A stretch of DNA of 60,283 nucleotides, taken from contig JAGUUY010000039.1 of assembly GCA_020063185.1 (NCBI GenBank), forward strand, positions 1 to 60,283, given 5' to 3'. This document shows, piece after piece, positions 1-8,722 of this stretch; the first letter of the stretch is position 1, and each line of letters begins with the position of its first letter. The stretch comes from Bacillota bacterium (GTDB taxonomy: Bacteria > Bacillota > Desulfotomaculia > Desulfotomaculales > Ammonificaceae). A model generated the notes under the pieces. That model made no database searches and had not been told where the DNA came from. It saw only the letters and a program-made list of their open reading frames with translations. Both the position numbers and the translations under genes were made by a program.

Positions 1-80
1 ACTCAAGGATTCTTGACCTCGCACAAATCTCTCGTCACTGTTCAGTTTTCAAAGACCGCCGTCAATAACGACATTTTTCA

Positions 81-109
81 GTTTATCATTTTCTGCAACT
101 GTGTGTCAA
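81..109 (-). promoter_or_regulatory. candidate sigma-A promoter (proximal) firing leftward out of the window
   Basis: Minus strand reads TTGACA (104-109) - 17 nt - ATAAAC (81-86). Downstream on the same strand lies TCTTTGAAAACTGAACA (39-55), a leader motif I associate with Firmicute rRNA/tRNA operons. The target gene is not inside the window. Confidence 0.3.
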
Positions 110-186
110 CTACTAAGTTCTTCTAAGGCTCAGCTCCTACTTTTTGCAGCCAAGCGTCCCCATCTTCGAACCGCGCAGCAATTAAA

Positions 187-215
187 AATATAGCACAGCC
201 CAATAACGGTGTCAA
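187..215 (-). promoter_or_regulatory. candidate sigma-A promoter (distal) firing leftward
   Basis: Minus strand reads TTGACA (210-215) - 17 nt - TATATT (187-192). An AT-rich UP-like tract lies upstream at about 240-300. Confidence 0.4.
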
Positions 216-322
216 CGACTGAAAACCACAAACGCCGCAGATTTTAAATATACACCGCTTACTTGTTTTTTCGAATATAATAAGTATTTACTTTAAAAAA
301 CGTATTGAACCACACTGTTTTG

Positions 323-1006
323 TTATTTCGGCGCCAAAAAGTCTAAAACTCCCGGTATACTTACAAATGTGCTGGGAACCGCGCCGACAATAATGTTCTC
401 AACCAAGGGGATCTCAGTGGCGACGTTTGTTTCTTTTTGGTGCAAGGGTACAGCAATTCTGACGGTGGTATCGAGATGCAGAAAGATACGGTGGCGGGTC
501 TGGTTGATCCCCGCGGATTCGAACCTCTCGCGCATATCGACCTTGACTGCGCCGACAGGAACAAGTTCTACCCTCATTTTAGGCCCGTAGGTAGCCAGAA
601 ACTGGCTGCCCAGCAGCTGCCCCAGAGGGACGTCGAATCGCTGTTGTTCAAGGTCTGCCAGGGCTTTCTCAACCGCGACCGCCACTTCGGCGGCCATTTG
701 GTTAAGTCTGACCGTATCGGCTTGCACTAAAACGACCTGACCCTTTTCGTCTTTGTGCACCGCCACCAAATCTTCATAAGTGAGTCTCTGGCTGAGGATA
801 TACTTCCTAACGGCGTCGTTGACGGTCTTGGTTGCGGTCTGGACCACCTTGGCTTCGACAAAAGCCAGTATGGTGGGAAAAAACTTGCGTTCGAAAACGA
901 TAAAGACAACGCCGCAAAAGACAATTAGTGCGAGCAATACCCAAACAACGGGGTGCAGCAGCGGTTGGCGAAACAAGGGCTTCCCCCCGCAATCCCGACC
1001 CTGCAA
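323..1006 (-). CDS. yunB: sporulation protein YunB-like membrane protein
   Basis: 227-aa ORF with an N-terminal TM helix (VVWVLLALIVFCGVVFIVF). The C-terminal half (GINQTRHRIFLHLDTTVRIAVPL) matches my recollection of the YunB family. The start is uncertain: TTG at 1006 lacks a clear SD, and an in-frame TTG about 33 nt downstream follows GGGGGGAAG. Confidence 0.55.
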   Translation of the reverse strand: MQGRDCGGKPLFRQPLLHPVVWVLLALIVFCGVVFIVFERKFFPTILAFVEAKVVQTATKTVNDAVRKYILSQRLTYEDLVAVHKDEKGQVVLVQADTVRLNQMAAEVAVAVEKALADLEQQRFDVPLGQLLGSQFLATYGPKMRVELVPVGAVKVDMRERFESAGINQTRHRIFLHLDTTVRIAVPLHQKETNVATEIPLVENIIVGAVPSTFVSIPGVLDFLAPK

Positions 1007-1093
1007 TAACCATGCTAAGCGTTTGTCGGCAGACTTCCTACTCTTAATATATGATCGTCCGCGGGGAAAAGGTATAAGTATTGTCGATGCAAT

Positions 1094-2344
1094 TTAAACC
1101 AGACGGACGAATTTCCTCCGTCCGATGCGAATGATCGTGCCGGGGGCTGGGGGAACGGCGGCGTTGGGATCTGCTATTTTTTCTTCGTTTACTCGTACTC
1201 CGCCTTGGACGATCAGCCGCCTGGCTTCACTGGTACTCGGGACCAGACCCGCAGCTGTTAACAACCGTGGCAGGTAGACGAGACCGTTGTTTATAATCTC
1301 CGTCGGAACCGTAAACACGGGAATGTCGGAGGGCAGCTCCCGTTCCTTGAAGACTCTGATGAACTCGGCTTCGGCTTTCTCGGCTGCTTCACCGGTGTGG
1401 AACTGGCGTACAACCTCGCGGGCCAGCCGCATTTTGGCGTCACGGGGGTGAAGGCCGCCGTCTTTGAGTCCCGCCGCCACAGCACTTAACTCCTCGGCCG
1501 TAACGGGGGTGACCAGTTCCAGGTAACGCAAAATCAGCTCGTCCGGCAGAGACATGATTTTTCCGAACATCTCTACGGGTGCTTCGGTAATACCAATATA
1601 ATTCCCCAGGCTTTTGGACATTTTCTGCGTGCCGTCAAGCCCTTCGAGGATGGGCATGGTAACGGCGACCTGTGGTTCCTGGCCGTAGGCTGCCTGCAAC
1701 GTCCGTCCCATTAAAAGATTAAAACGCTGGTCGGTGCCGCCGAGTTCGACGTCGGCCCCAAGTGCGATGGAGTCGTATCCCTGCATCAGCGGGTAGAAGA
1801 ACTCGTGGATGGAAATCGGCAGATTCGACTTGAAGCGCTTGTTGAAATCCTCGCGCTCAAGCATCCGGGCCACGGTGTAATGGGCCGCAAGCCGGATAAC
1901 GTCAGCAAAGGTCAAGGGGGCAAGCCAGGAACTGTTAAACACCATCTCCGTCTTACCGGGGTTGAGGATCTTAAAAATCTGTTCCTTGTAAGTCAGGGCG
2001 TTGGCCATGACCTCTTCCTCTCCGAGTTGCTTGCGCGTCTCGACCTTCCCGCTGGGGTCCCCTATCCGTGCGGTAAAGTCGCCGATGATGATGATTAATC
2101 GGTGGCCGAGGTCTTGAAACTGACGCATTTTTTGAAGGACAACGGTATGTCCGAGGTGGATGTCAGGGGCGGTTGGGTCCAGTCCGAGCTTTATCTTAAG
2201 GGGCCGCCCGGTTTTTAGTGCAGCGGCAAGTTTCTTCTCGAGTTCCTCTTCCGATATGATCTCCGCAACGCCCCGGCGGATCGCCGTCATTTGCTGGGAA
2301 ACAGTTTTCAAAATAACAACCCTTCTAGTCTCAAAATAGTTCAA
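1094..2344 (-). CDS. tyrS: tyrosine--tRNA ligase
   Basis: Class I aaRS motifs HLGH (DIHLGHTV) and KMSKS (KMSKSLGN) are present, with a C-terminal S4-like tail. The ORF-track start is TTG at 2344. An in-frame TTG at 2311 preceded by AGAAGGG is a more plausible start. Confidence 0.95.
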   Translation of the reverse strand: MNYFETRRVVILKTVSQQMTAIRRGVAEIISEEELEKKLAAALKTGRPLKIKLGLDPTAPDIHLGHTVVLQKMRQFQDLGHRLIIIIGDFTARIGDPSGKVETRKQLGEEEVMANALTYKEQIFKILNPGKTEMVFNSSWLAPLTFADVIRLAAHYTVARMLEREDFNKRFKSNLPISIHEFFYPLMQGYDSIALGADVELGGTDQRFNLLMGRTLQAAYGQEPQVAVTMPILEGLDGTQKMSKSLGNYIGITEAPVEMFGKIMSLPDELILRYLELVTPVTAEELSAVAAGLKDGGLHPRDAKMRLAREVVRQFHTGEAAEKAEAEFIRVFKERELPSDIPVFTVPTEIINNGLVYLPRLLTAAGLVPSTSEARRLIVQGGVRVNEEKIADPNAAVPPAPGTIIRIGRRKFVRLV

Positions 2345-2450
2345 CGCTCAGTATTAGGGGACCAAGATAGGGATATTTTCATTGTCTGAGGGCGCCGCTA
2401 ACACCATGGCCTGAAAATTGCCGGATCGCCTGCTGTTTCTCACAAAACTA

Positions 2451-2505
2451 CCCTCACAACTCTCACCATCGTACTTCGCACTTCCCAATTGTCAAGTGAA
2501 GTTGT
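2451..2505. repeat. pyrimidine-rich heptad-periodic element with short hairpin (family member E1)
   Basis: CACAACT (2455-2461) pairs with AGTTGTG (2499-2505), and CACTT pairs with AAGTG. It contains the 15-mer CACTTCCCAATTGTC (2479-2493), which is identical to 29611-29625. Confidence 0.6.
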
Positions 2506-2642
2506 GCAGCGGCCTCCAAGTAAAAATTTCTATTATTATAGCAAAGCCGCCATACACATTACAAGGAGCCCACGTAACATACAAGGTCCTGTCGCCGGCC
2601 AGCGTTTTGCATTACTATTGCGGGGGAGGAATTGATCGCTGG

Positions 2643-2671
2643 TTTAAGGGATTTTCGAAATGTGTTATAAT
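2643..2671 (+). promoter_or_regulatory. candidate extended -10 promoter for the PBP1A gene
   Basis: TGTGTTATAAT lies at 2661-2671 (TGn-TATAAT), with a weak -35 TTTAAG at 2643-2648 and 17-nt spacing. Confidence 0.45.
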
Positions 2672-2694
2672 TTTGCCGGTAACGAGTAAGGAGG

Positions 2695-4980
2695 ATGGCA
2701 GTGGTCAACAATCCAAGTCAGGCCAAAAGGAAAAAAAGGCGGCTCAACCCGTGGCGCCTGGCCATTTTTTTGGGGCTCCTGGCGTGTCTCGGAATCGGCG
2801 CCGGCGCGGCGGGTATGGTAATTTACAGTCTTAAGGATATGCCCGCGTTCGATCCGGCGCGCCTCGAAGGGTCGCTGGCAACTTCGCTGTATGATAAGAA
2901 CGGCAAGCCGTTCGCCGAGATCGGCACCCAGAACAGGGTGCCCGTCAAACTGAGTGCGATTCCGATAGAAGTTCAGAATGCCTTTTTGGCTGCGGAAGAC
3001 GTACGGTTTTACGACCATATCGGGGTTGACCCGCGGGCCATTATGCGCGCTTTTTACACCAACCTCAGGGGCGGCGGAATTGAGGAAGGCGGAAGTACTA
3101 TTACGCAGCAGCTTGCAAAAAATAGTTTTCTAACTCAGGAACGTACCTACAAGCGTAAGATCCAGGAAGCAATCCTCGCGCTGCAAATTGAGCGACACTA
3201 CCGGAAGCAGGAAATATTGGAGCTTTACCTTAACCAAAACTACTACGGCGAGGGAGCTTACGGGATCCAGGCCGCCTCGCGCACCTATTTCGGCAAGGAC
3301 ACCAGTGAGCTGAACGCGACCGAAGGCGCCTTGTTAGCGGCCCTTGCCCAGGCACCCTCTCTGTACTCCCCCTTTCGCGACCCGCAGGCGGCAGTCAGCC
3401 ATCGAAACGCCGTTCTGGACAAAATGGCGCGTTACGGGTTTTTAAAACCGGAGGAAGCTTTAAAGGCTAAAAATGAACCCATAAAGCTGGGTTCAGGTTC
3501 CGATGGGCCCAAGGGTGACGCCTTTCCTTTTTTTGTTGATTATGTTACTGACCAGTTGGTGGCCAAATACGGCGTCAGCCGTGTCTTCCGCGGCGGCTTG
3601 CAGGTTTATACTACCATGGATCCCCGAATTCAGGAAATCGCCGAGCAGACGATGCAAAACCCGAAAAATTTTCCCCCTTCGAGCCGTGATGGTGAAGGCC
3701 TGCTGCAGCCGCAGGGAGCGGTCGTGGTGCTCGACCCGCGCACCGGCTACATCAACGCTTTCGTTGGGGGACGCGAGTACACGCACCGCCGTGGCCTTAA
3801 CCGTGCGACGGACATTTACCGCCAGCCGGGTTCGGCTTTCAAGCCCATATTGGCTTACGCGCCCGCTATCGAGTACCTCGACGCCGGCCCGGCTTCGGTG
3901 ATCGACGACGCTCCGATCGAGCTCCCCGATTATACACCAAAAAACTACGACGGGAAGTATCGCGGGCTGATAACACTGCGGACGGCGCTGACCCACTCGA
4001 TAAACATCCCCGCCGTCAAACTTTTAGACAAAGTAGGGCTGGACCAGGGGAGGCAATTCGCGTCACGACTCGGTTTTGAACTTACACCGGGGGAAGAGGG
4101 ACTGAGCCTTGCCCTGGGAGGGATACACAAGGGGGTCACTCCGCTGCAGATGGCCCAGGCATACGCCGCCTTTGCTAACCAGGGAGTGCACGTAACCCCC
4201 ACCGCGATTATCCGCGTGGAAACCAGAAACGGCGCCGTGCTTGATGAGTTTAAACCGAAGATGGCCCGGGTCATGAAAGCTACGACCGCTTACTTGGTAA
4301 CAGACATGCTCCGGACGGCCGTAGAATCCGGGACGGGACGCCAGGCCAGACTACCTTCACACCCGGTTGCGGGCAAAACCGGCACAACCGATGAGAGTAA
4401 GGACGTCTGGTTTTGCGGCTACACCCCGGATCTCGTAGCCGTGGTCTGGATTGGGCACGATCAGCCGCGGGAAATGCCCCGGGAGTATGGCGGGAGTTAT
4501 CCGGCGATAATCTGGCGCGAAATTATGAGTAACGTTTTAAAGGACGCGCCTGCGCAGACTTTTGTCCGCCCACCGGGGATCGTGGCCGCCACTGTGGACA
4601 GTAAATCCGGTTTTTTGCCGGGGTCCTTGACGCCTCCTGAACACCAGGTAACGGACATTTTCGTTGAGGGCAGTGTCCCTACCATGACAGACAACACCCA
4701 CGTGCTGTTGGATGTCTGCGCCGCATCCGGCCTTCTTGCGACTGAGCACTGCCCCGAGCGTTTAACCAAAGTTTTGGTCAAATTACCGTATGCAGTGCCC
4801 GCCACCGTTCTGGATAGTGCGGAAAGGGCGCCTGCGGAGACATGTTCACTTCATACGGGATCGGCCGCCAACGGCGGGCAAAACGGTCTGTACAGTGAGT
4901 ATGACGATTCCCACCCCCTGTTTCCCGTAACCCCGCCCGCTGAAGACCGGCCACGGGGGAACCCGCGGCGAGGCTGGTAA
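2695..4980 (+). CDS. class A penicillin-binding protein (PBP1A, transglycosylase/transpeptidase)
   Basis: GT51 motifs EDVRFYDH and GGSTITQQLAKN are present. Transpeptidase motifs are SAFKP (SxxK), HSIN (SxN) and KTGT. There is an N-terminal TM anchor. ATG 2695 abuts the SD AAGGAGG, so GTG at 2701 (7 nt after GGAGG) may be the real start. Confidence 0.95.
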   Translation: MAVVNNPSQAKRKKRRLNPWRLAIFLGLLACLGIGAGAAGMVIYSLKDMPAFDPARLEGSLATSLYDKNGKPFAEIGTQNRVPVKLSAIPIEVQNAFLAAEDVRFYDHIGVDPRAIMRAFYTNLRGGGIEEGGSTITQQLAKNSFLTQERTYKRKIQEAILALQIERHYRKQEILELYLNQNYYGEGAYGIQAASRTYFGKDTSELNATEGALLAALAQAPSLYSPFRDPQAAVSHRNAVLDKMARYGFLKPEEALKAKNEPIKLGSGSDGPKGDAFPFFVDYVTDQLVAKYGVSRVFRGGLQVYTTMDPRIQEIAEQTMQNPKNFPPSSRDGEGLLQPQGAVVVLDPRTGYINAFVGGREYTHRRGLNRATDIYRQPGSAFKPILAYAPAIEYLDAGPASVIDDAPIELPDYTPKNYDGKYRGLITLRTALTHSINIPAVKLLDKVGLDQGRQFASRLGFELTPGEEGLSLALGGIHKGVTPLQMAQAYAAFANQGVHVTPTAIIRVETRNGAVLDEFKPKMARVMKATTAYLVTDMLRTAVESGTGRQARLPSHPVAGKTGTTDESKDVWFCGYTPDLVAVVWIGHDQPREMPREYGGSYPAIIWREIMSNVLKDAPAQTFVRPPGIVAATVDSKSGFLPGSLTPPEHQVTDIFVEGSVPTMTDNTHVLLDVCAASGLLATEHCPERLTKVLVKLPYAVPATVLDSAERAPAETCSLHTGSAANGGQNGLYSEYDDSHPLFPVTPPAEDRPRGNPRRGW

Positions 4981-4996
4981 AGAAGGAGACGTCGGC

Positions 4997-6610
4997 TTGG
5001 ATTTTGAAACCATCGACGGGACGTTGCTCGGCCGGATACTTGAAGGCGCGCTCCGATGGCTCTCTCAGCATCGCCGGGAGATTGACGCTCTAAACGTTTT
5101 TCCGGTTCCCGATGGTGATACCGGTTCGAACATGCTTGCCACATTGGAAGCTGCGGTTGCGGCACTGGGGGCGCCGCCGCCGGCGGCAGTTTCCGCGGCC
5201 GCGGAAGCCGCTGCGAAAGGCGCACTTATGGGGGCCAGGGGTAATTCCGGAGTAATTCTTTCCCAAATTATACGGGGCTTCGCCGCGGCGCTGACCGGCA
5301 AGGAAAAGGCGGGAGTGCAGGATATCGCGGCCGCCCTGGCAACAGGGACAGAATACGCCTACCGGGCGGTCGAGACACCGGTGGAGGGCACCATCCTCAC
5401 GGTTGTTAAGGATACCGCAAAAGAAGCCCGCGATACCGCCAACCGCAGCCGTAACCTGCTAAGACTCCTCACCTACATTCTGCGGGCCTCTTCCCGGAGC
5501 CTTGCGCAAACCCCGGAGCTTCTTCCGGTCTTAAAAGAAGCCGGCGTCGTGGATGCCGGCGGACGCGGATTCACGGCTATCCTCGAAGGAATCTTGCAGG
5601 CCGTAGTGGATAAACGCGCCAGGGAGGGACTAGAACCGTATACCGGTAAAAAACCCGATGCTCGAAGCGCGGGCGCACTTCTAGGGCCCCTGCCCGCGGA
5701 CAGGCCGGAAGACATCAATTTCACCTACTGCACCGAGTTTTTATGTGAAGGTACGGACCTGGATGCGGAGGCCATAAAACGGAAATTGTCCCCTCGCGGC
5801 GACTGCCTGATGGTGGTGGGTGAAAAGGACATACTCCGCATCCACATCCACTGCGACCACCCCGGCGAAGTTTTGGAAATAGGGTTGGGTTACGGTTCGC
5901 TTCATAACATCAGGATCAATAACATGCGCGATCAGTTTCAGGAGGTAAAACGGGATAAGGACGGCGTTGCGGTCGTGTCCGTATGCACCGGTGAAGGCTT
6001 TGCCGCCCTTTTCGCCAATCTAGGCGCGGTGGTGGTCTCGGGCGGGCAGACCATGAATCCCAGCGCCGGTGAAATCGCCGCAGCGGTAAACAGTACCGGC
6101 GCCGGAACGGTGATCATTCTCCCCAATAACCCCAACATCATTTTGGCGGCCCAGCAGGTACGGGACCTCACGGAGTGCGAAGTGCATGTTATCCCCAGTA
6201 ATTCAATGCCTCAAGGCCTTTCCGCCATGCTGGCTTTCAGCCCGGAGGAAAGCGTCTCGGCCAATACCGGGCGGATGCAGGCGGCAGCGGCCAAGGTAGC
6301 GACGGTGGAAATTACTTGCGCCGTCCGAGAAGCCAAAATCGGCGCTAAAGAAGTCCAAGCCGGTGACATCCTGGCCATTTTCGGGGAAGAGCTTGTGGCC
6401 TCGGGGAACAACCTCGGGGAAGTAACGGTCGCCGCCATGCAAAAGACCGCCGTCGGTATGAATTTAGTGACTCTTTATTACGGCAGTGAGGTTGAACCGT
6501 CGGTGGCTGAAGAAATGGCCGCTTTTTTGAGCGCAGCCTTGCCCGGAGTTGAGTTGGAAATACAGTATGGAGGCCAGCCTTTTTATCAGTTTCTCGCGGC
6601 GATTGAGTAG
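4997..6610 (+). CDS. DAK2 domain fusion protein (YloV-like)
   Basis: 537 aa with the N-terminal Dak-phosphatase-type motif PVPDGDTGSNM and a long C-terminal YloV-type domain. TTG start lies 8 nt after AAGGAG. Confidence 0.85.
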   Translation: MDFETIDGTLLGRILEGALRWLSQHRREIDALNVFPVPDGDTGSNMLATLEAAVAALGAPPPAAVSAAAEAAAKGALMGARGNSGVILSQIIRGFAAALTGKEKAGVQDIAAALATGTEYAYRAVETPVEGTILTVVKDTAKEARDTANRSRNLLRLLTYILRASSRSLAQTPELLPVLKEAGVVDAGGRGFTAILEGILQAVVDKRAREGLEPYTGKKPDARSAGALLGPLPADRPEDINFTYCTEFLCEGTDLDAEAIKRKLSPRGDCLMVVGEKDILRIHIHCDHPGEVLEIGLGYGSLHNIRINNMRDQFQEVKRDKDGVAVVSVCTGEGFAALFANLGAVVVSGGQTMNPSAGEIAAAVNSTGAGTVIILPNNPNIILAAQQVRDLTECEVHVIPSNSMPQGLSAMLAFSPEESVSANTGRMQAAAAKVATVEITCAVREAKIGAKEVQAGDILAIFGEELVASGNNLGEVTVAAMQKTAVGMNLVTLYYGSEVEPSVAEEMAAFLSAALPGVELEIQYGGQPFYQFLAAIE

Positions 6611-6629
6611 ACTTACAGGAGGTATATGC

Positions 6630-7469
6630 ATGCCGAAAGTCTCTATAGTCACCGACAGCACCGCGGATCTCCCAGCCCCGGTGGCGCATGGCCTGGGGGT
6701 ACACGTTGTGCCCCTTAAAGTTATTTTCGGGGAAGAAGTTTACCGGGACGGCGTGGACATCGAGCCGGACACCTTCTACCGGCGCCTGGTGTCGGGTGAA
6801 TTAGCCGCCACCTCTCAACCGTCGCCGGGAGAGTTTGAAGCGGTTTACCGCGAATTGCTCGAAAAGGGTCAAAGCGTCGTATCCATACACATATCCCGGC
6901 ACCTCAGCGGGACCATGAATTCCGCGGAGGCGGCCCGAACCGTCTTCCCAGGCGCCGACATCACCGTGGTAGACTCCAAGCTCGTTGCGGCGGCCTTGGG
7001 CCTTGTGGTAAAGGCTGCGGCAAGGACCGCCCGCGACGGCGGAACACGTGACGATGTTCTCACCATGGTCCGAAAAACCATGCGGGAGACACGGGTGCTT
7101 TTCTGCGTGGAATCGCTCGAATACCTCCGGAGGGGCGGGCGCATCGGCAAGGCCCAGGCACTCCTCGGCACAATTCTGAATATCAACCCCATTCTCGCGG
7201 TGCACGAAGGTATAATTCAGCCTTTCGAAAAGGTGCGCGGCCGTAAAGTAGCCTTGCGCCGCCTTGCGGAAGTAGCCGTCCAGGAAGCCGGTGACCGCCC
7301 GGTGGTTTGCGGGGTGCTTCAAGGCGCCAATCCCGAAGCGGCGGCCATGCTTACGGGCCTGCTGCAAGACCTTCCACCGGGAAGCACAGTGGAACAGGGA
7401 ACGGTGGGGCCTGTTGTGGGGGCACACGCCGGTCCGGGGGTTTTCGGTGTCACTTTCCACCCCCGTTAG
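6630..7469 (+). CDS. DegV family fatty-acid-binding protein
   Basis: The N-terminus MPKVSIVTDSTADLP is typical of DegV. ATG 6630 is preceded by AGGAGG. The ORF-track start at 6549 overlaps the upstream gene and is discarded. Confidence 0.9.
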   Translation: MPKVSIVTDSTADLPAPVAHGLGVHVVPLKVIFGEEVYRDGVDIEPDTFYRRLVSGELAATSQPSPGEFEAVYRELLEKGQSVVSIHISRHLSGTMNSAEAARTVFPGADITVVDSKLVAAALGLVVKAAARTARDGGTRDDVLTMVRKTMRETRVLFCVESLEYLRRGGRIGKAQALLGTILNINPILAVHEGIIQPFEKVRGRKVALRRLAEVAVQEAGDRPVVCGVLQGANPEAAAMLTGLLQDLPPGSTVEQGTVGPVVGAHAGPGVFGVTFHPR

Positions 7470-7520
7470 GGCTTTTGCCTTAAGAGCTACGCGAAACGGC
7501 AAGAAGAAACCGAGTACAAA

Positions 7521-7575
7521 CCACAGAGGCACAGAGAACACAGAGAGAGAACAGGATAATAACAGAACAGACAAT
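7521..7575. repeat. T-poor CACAGAG-type low-complexity tract
   Basis: CACAGAG occurs at 7522, 7530 and 7539, followed by AGAGAGAACAGG and ACAGAACAGACAA. Only 4 T occur in 7501-7583. The tract lies in the convergent gap between degV and the DRTGG gene. Confidence 0.7.
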
Positions 7576-7647
7576 GAGCGACAATTGAAGCGCCGTCAAC
7601 TACAATCGCCGCCGGTTTTATAAGGAAGGCACGCCGGGATGACACAC

Positions 7648-8721
7648 CTATCCGGTTGTTCCGCGCACCCACGCTAAGAGCTTATCTATATCGCAGTATG
7701 CCGTGACGCTTTCCCGCGCCAGCGCGATGGCCCGCGTATCACCGGCGTGGATGACACGGCTGATCTCCGCCAGTTTTTCTATAGTGGTATAGGTATCGTA
7801 ATGGACAAGGATTACAGGGACCCCTTTTTCCGCGGCCCGGGCAACCACCTTCACATTCGGGTAAAACCCTCCTGTAAGGATAAGTAACGCAGTATCGGTC
7901 TCAAGCGCGGCCAGCGCAATTTCGGACCGGTCACCGCCGGTAACGACCGCTTTGTTCGCAGAGCGGCGGAAATAACCAAGCGCACTCTCCAGAGTCATAG
8001 CGCCGACAAGCACGTCTTCGACGATGTTGCCGAATTTGTCCTCACCCGCCAGGATGTCCCCGCCGAGCGTCTCGTAAAACTCCGCGACCGTCGGCGCCGC
8101 GAGTTCGGGACTGCTCGGCACGATGCCCAAAATCTCTACACCCTGGGCGGCAAGCACGTCCCTATAGATACCTTCCGTCTTGGCCAATAACTCGAGCGGC
8201 ACGTTGTTGAAGATCACCCCGGCGAAAGCCGCCTGCCGCTCTTTTGCGCTACGGGCGAAAAAGGCCGCCTCGTCAAGACTCCTGTCGTTGACGGGCTTCA
8301 GGATGTATACCAAAGCGGCTTCGAGATCGCGGGACAGGTTAAGCGCGTCCAGTCCAAAAGCCGCCATAGCCCAGGGCCGGGCGCCCCCGTCGATCAAAAC
8401 CGTATCCGTCCCCGCTTTCGTCTTTTCGAAAGCCTCTTTTATAACCTGGCGACACTTTTCCGGGTCCTTATAATTTGATATGTAATACCCGCCCAACACT
8501 AAAGGCGCTAACTCATGCGCCTCCAGCTTTAAATCGAGGACATGGCGCAACAGAACTGCGTCTCGGTCCTCTACCGTAGTGGCCCCCGGAGGGATTCCGA
8601 CCGGTTTGAAGTAACCCACACGGAGCCCCTGTTCCTTGAGAAAAATAGCCAGCCCAAGCGCTATCGCGGTCTTGCCGCTGCCGGCCGTCCCCGTGAAATA
8701 TAGGTTTGCCATCTCAGCCAC
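7648..8721 (-). CDS. phosphotransacetylase-N-terminal-like protein (BioD-like P-loop + DRTGG domain, no PTA catalytic domain)
   Basis: P-loop GTAGSGKT at the N-terminus and DRTGG-type motif VVTGGDRSE. The length (357 aa) is too short to include a Pta catalytic domain. Its start lies 2 nt after the stop of the ACS gene. Confidence 0.7.
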   Translation of the reverse strand: MAEMANLYFTGTAGSGKTAIALGLAIFLKEQGLRVGYFKPVGIPPGATTVEDRDAVLLRHVLDLKLEAHELAPLVLGGYYISNYKDPEKCRQVIKEAFEKTKAGTDTVLIDGGARPWAMAAFGLDALNLSRDLEAALVYILKPVNDRSLDEAAFFARSAKERQAAFAGVIFNNVPLELLAKTEGIYRDVLAAQGVEILGIVPSSPELAAPTVAEFYETLGGDILAGEDKFGNIVEDVLVGAMTLESALGYFRRSANKAVVTGGDRSEIALAALETDTALLILTGGFYPNVKVVARAAEKGVPVILVHYDTYTTIEKLAEISRVIHAGDTRAIALARESVTAYCDIDKLLAWVRGTTG

Positions 8722-8722
8722 C

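Noticed and set aside
2345-2560. T-box riboswitch upstream of tyrS
   Set aside because: The best core match is ATGGTGTTAGCGGCG, about 9 of 15 to the consensus. No terminator/antiterminator pair follows, and the TAC triplet precedes rather than follows any Stem-I-like features.
6801-7574. 257-aa ORF on the minus strand, plus other antisense ORFs of 100-220 aa (for example 9525-10195, 20013-20866, 25449-26099, 34486-35163)
   Set aside because: Each lies opposite a gene with clear family motifs (DegV, ACS, GAPDH, SufC, PheT). They have no SD or start context and show biased Arg/Pro/Gly composition.
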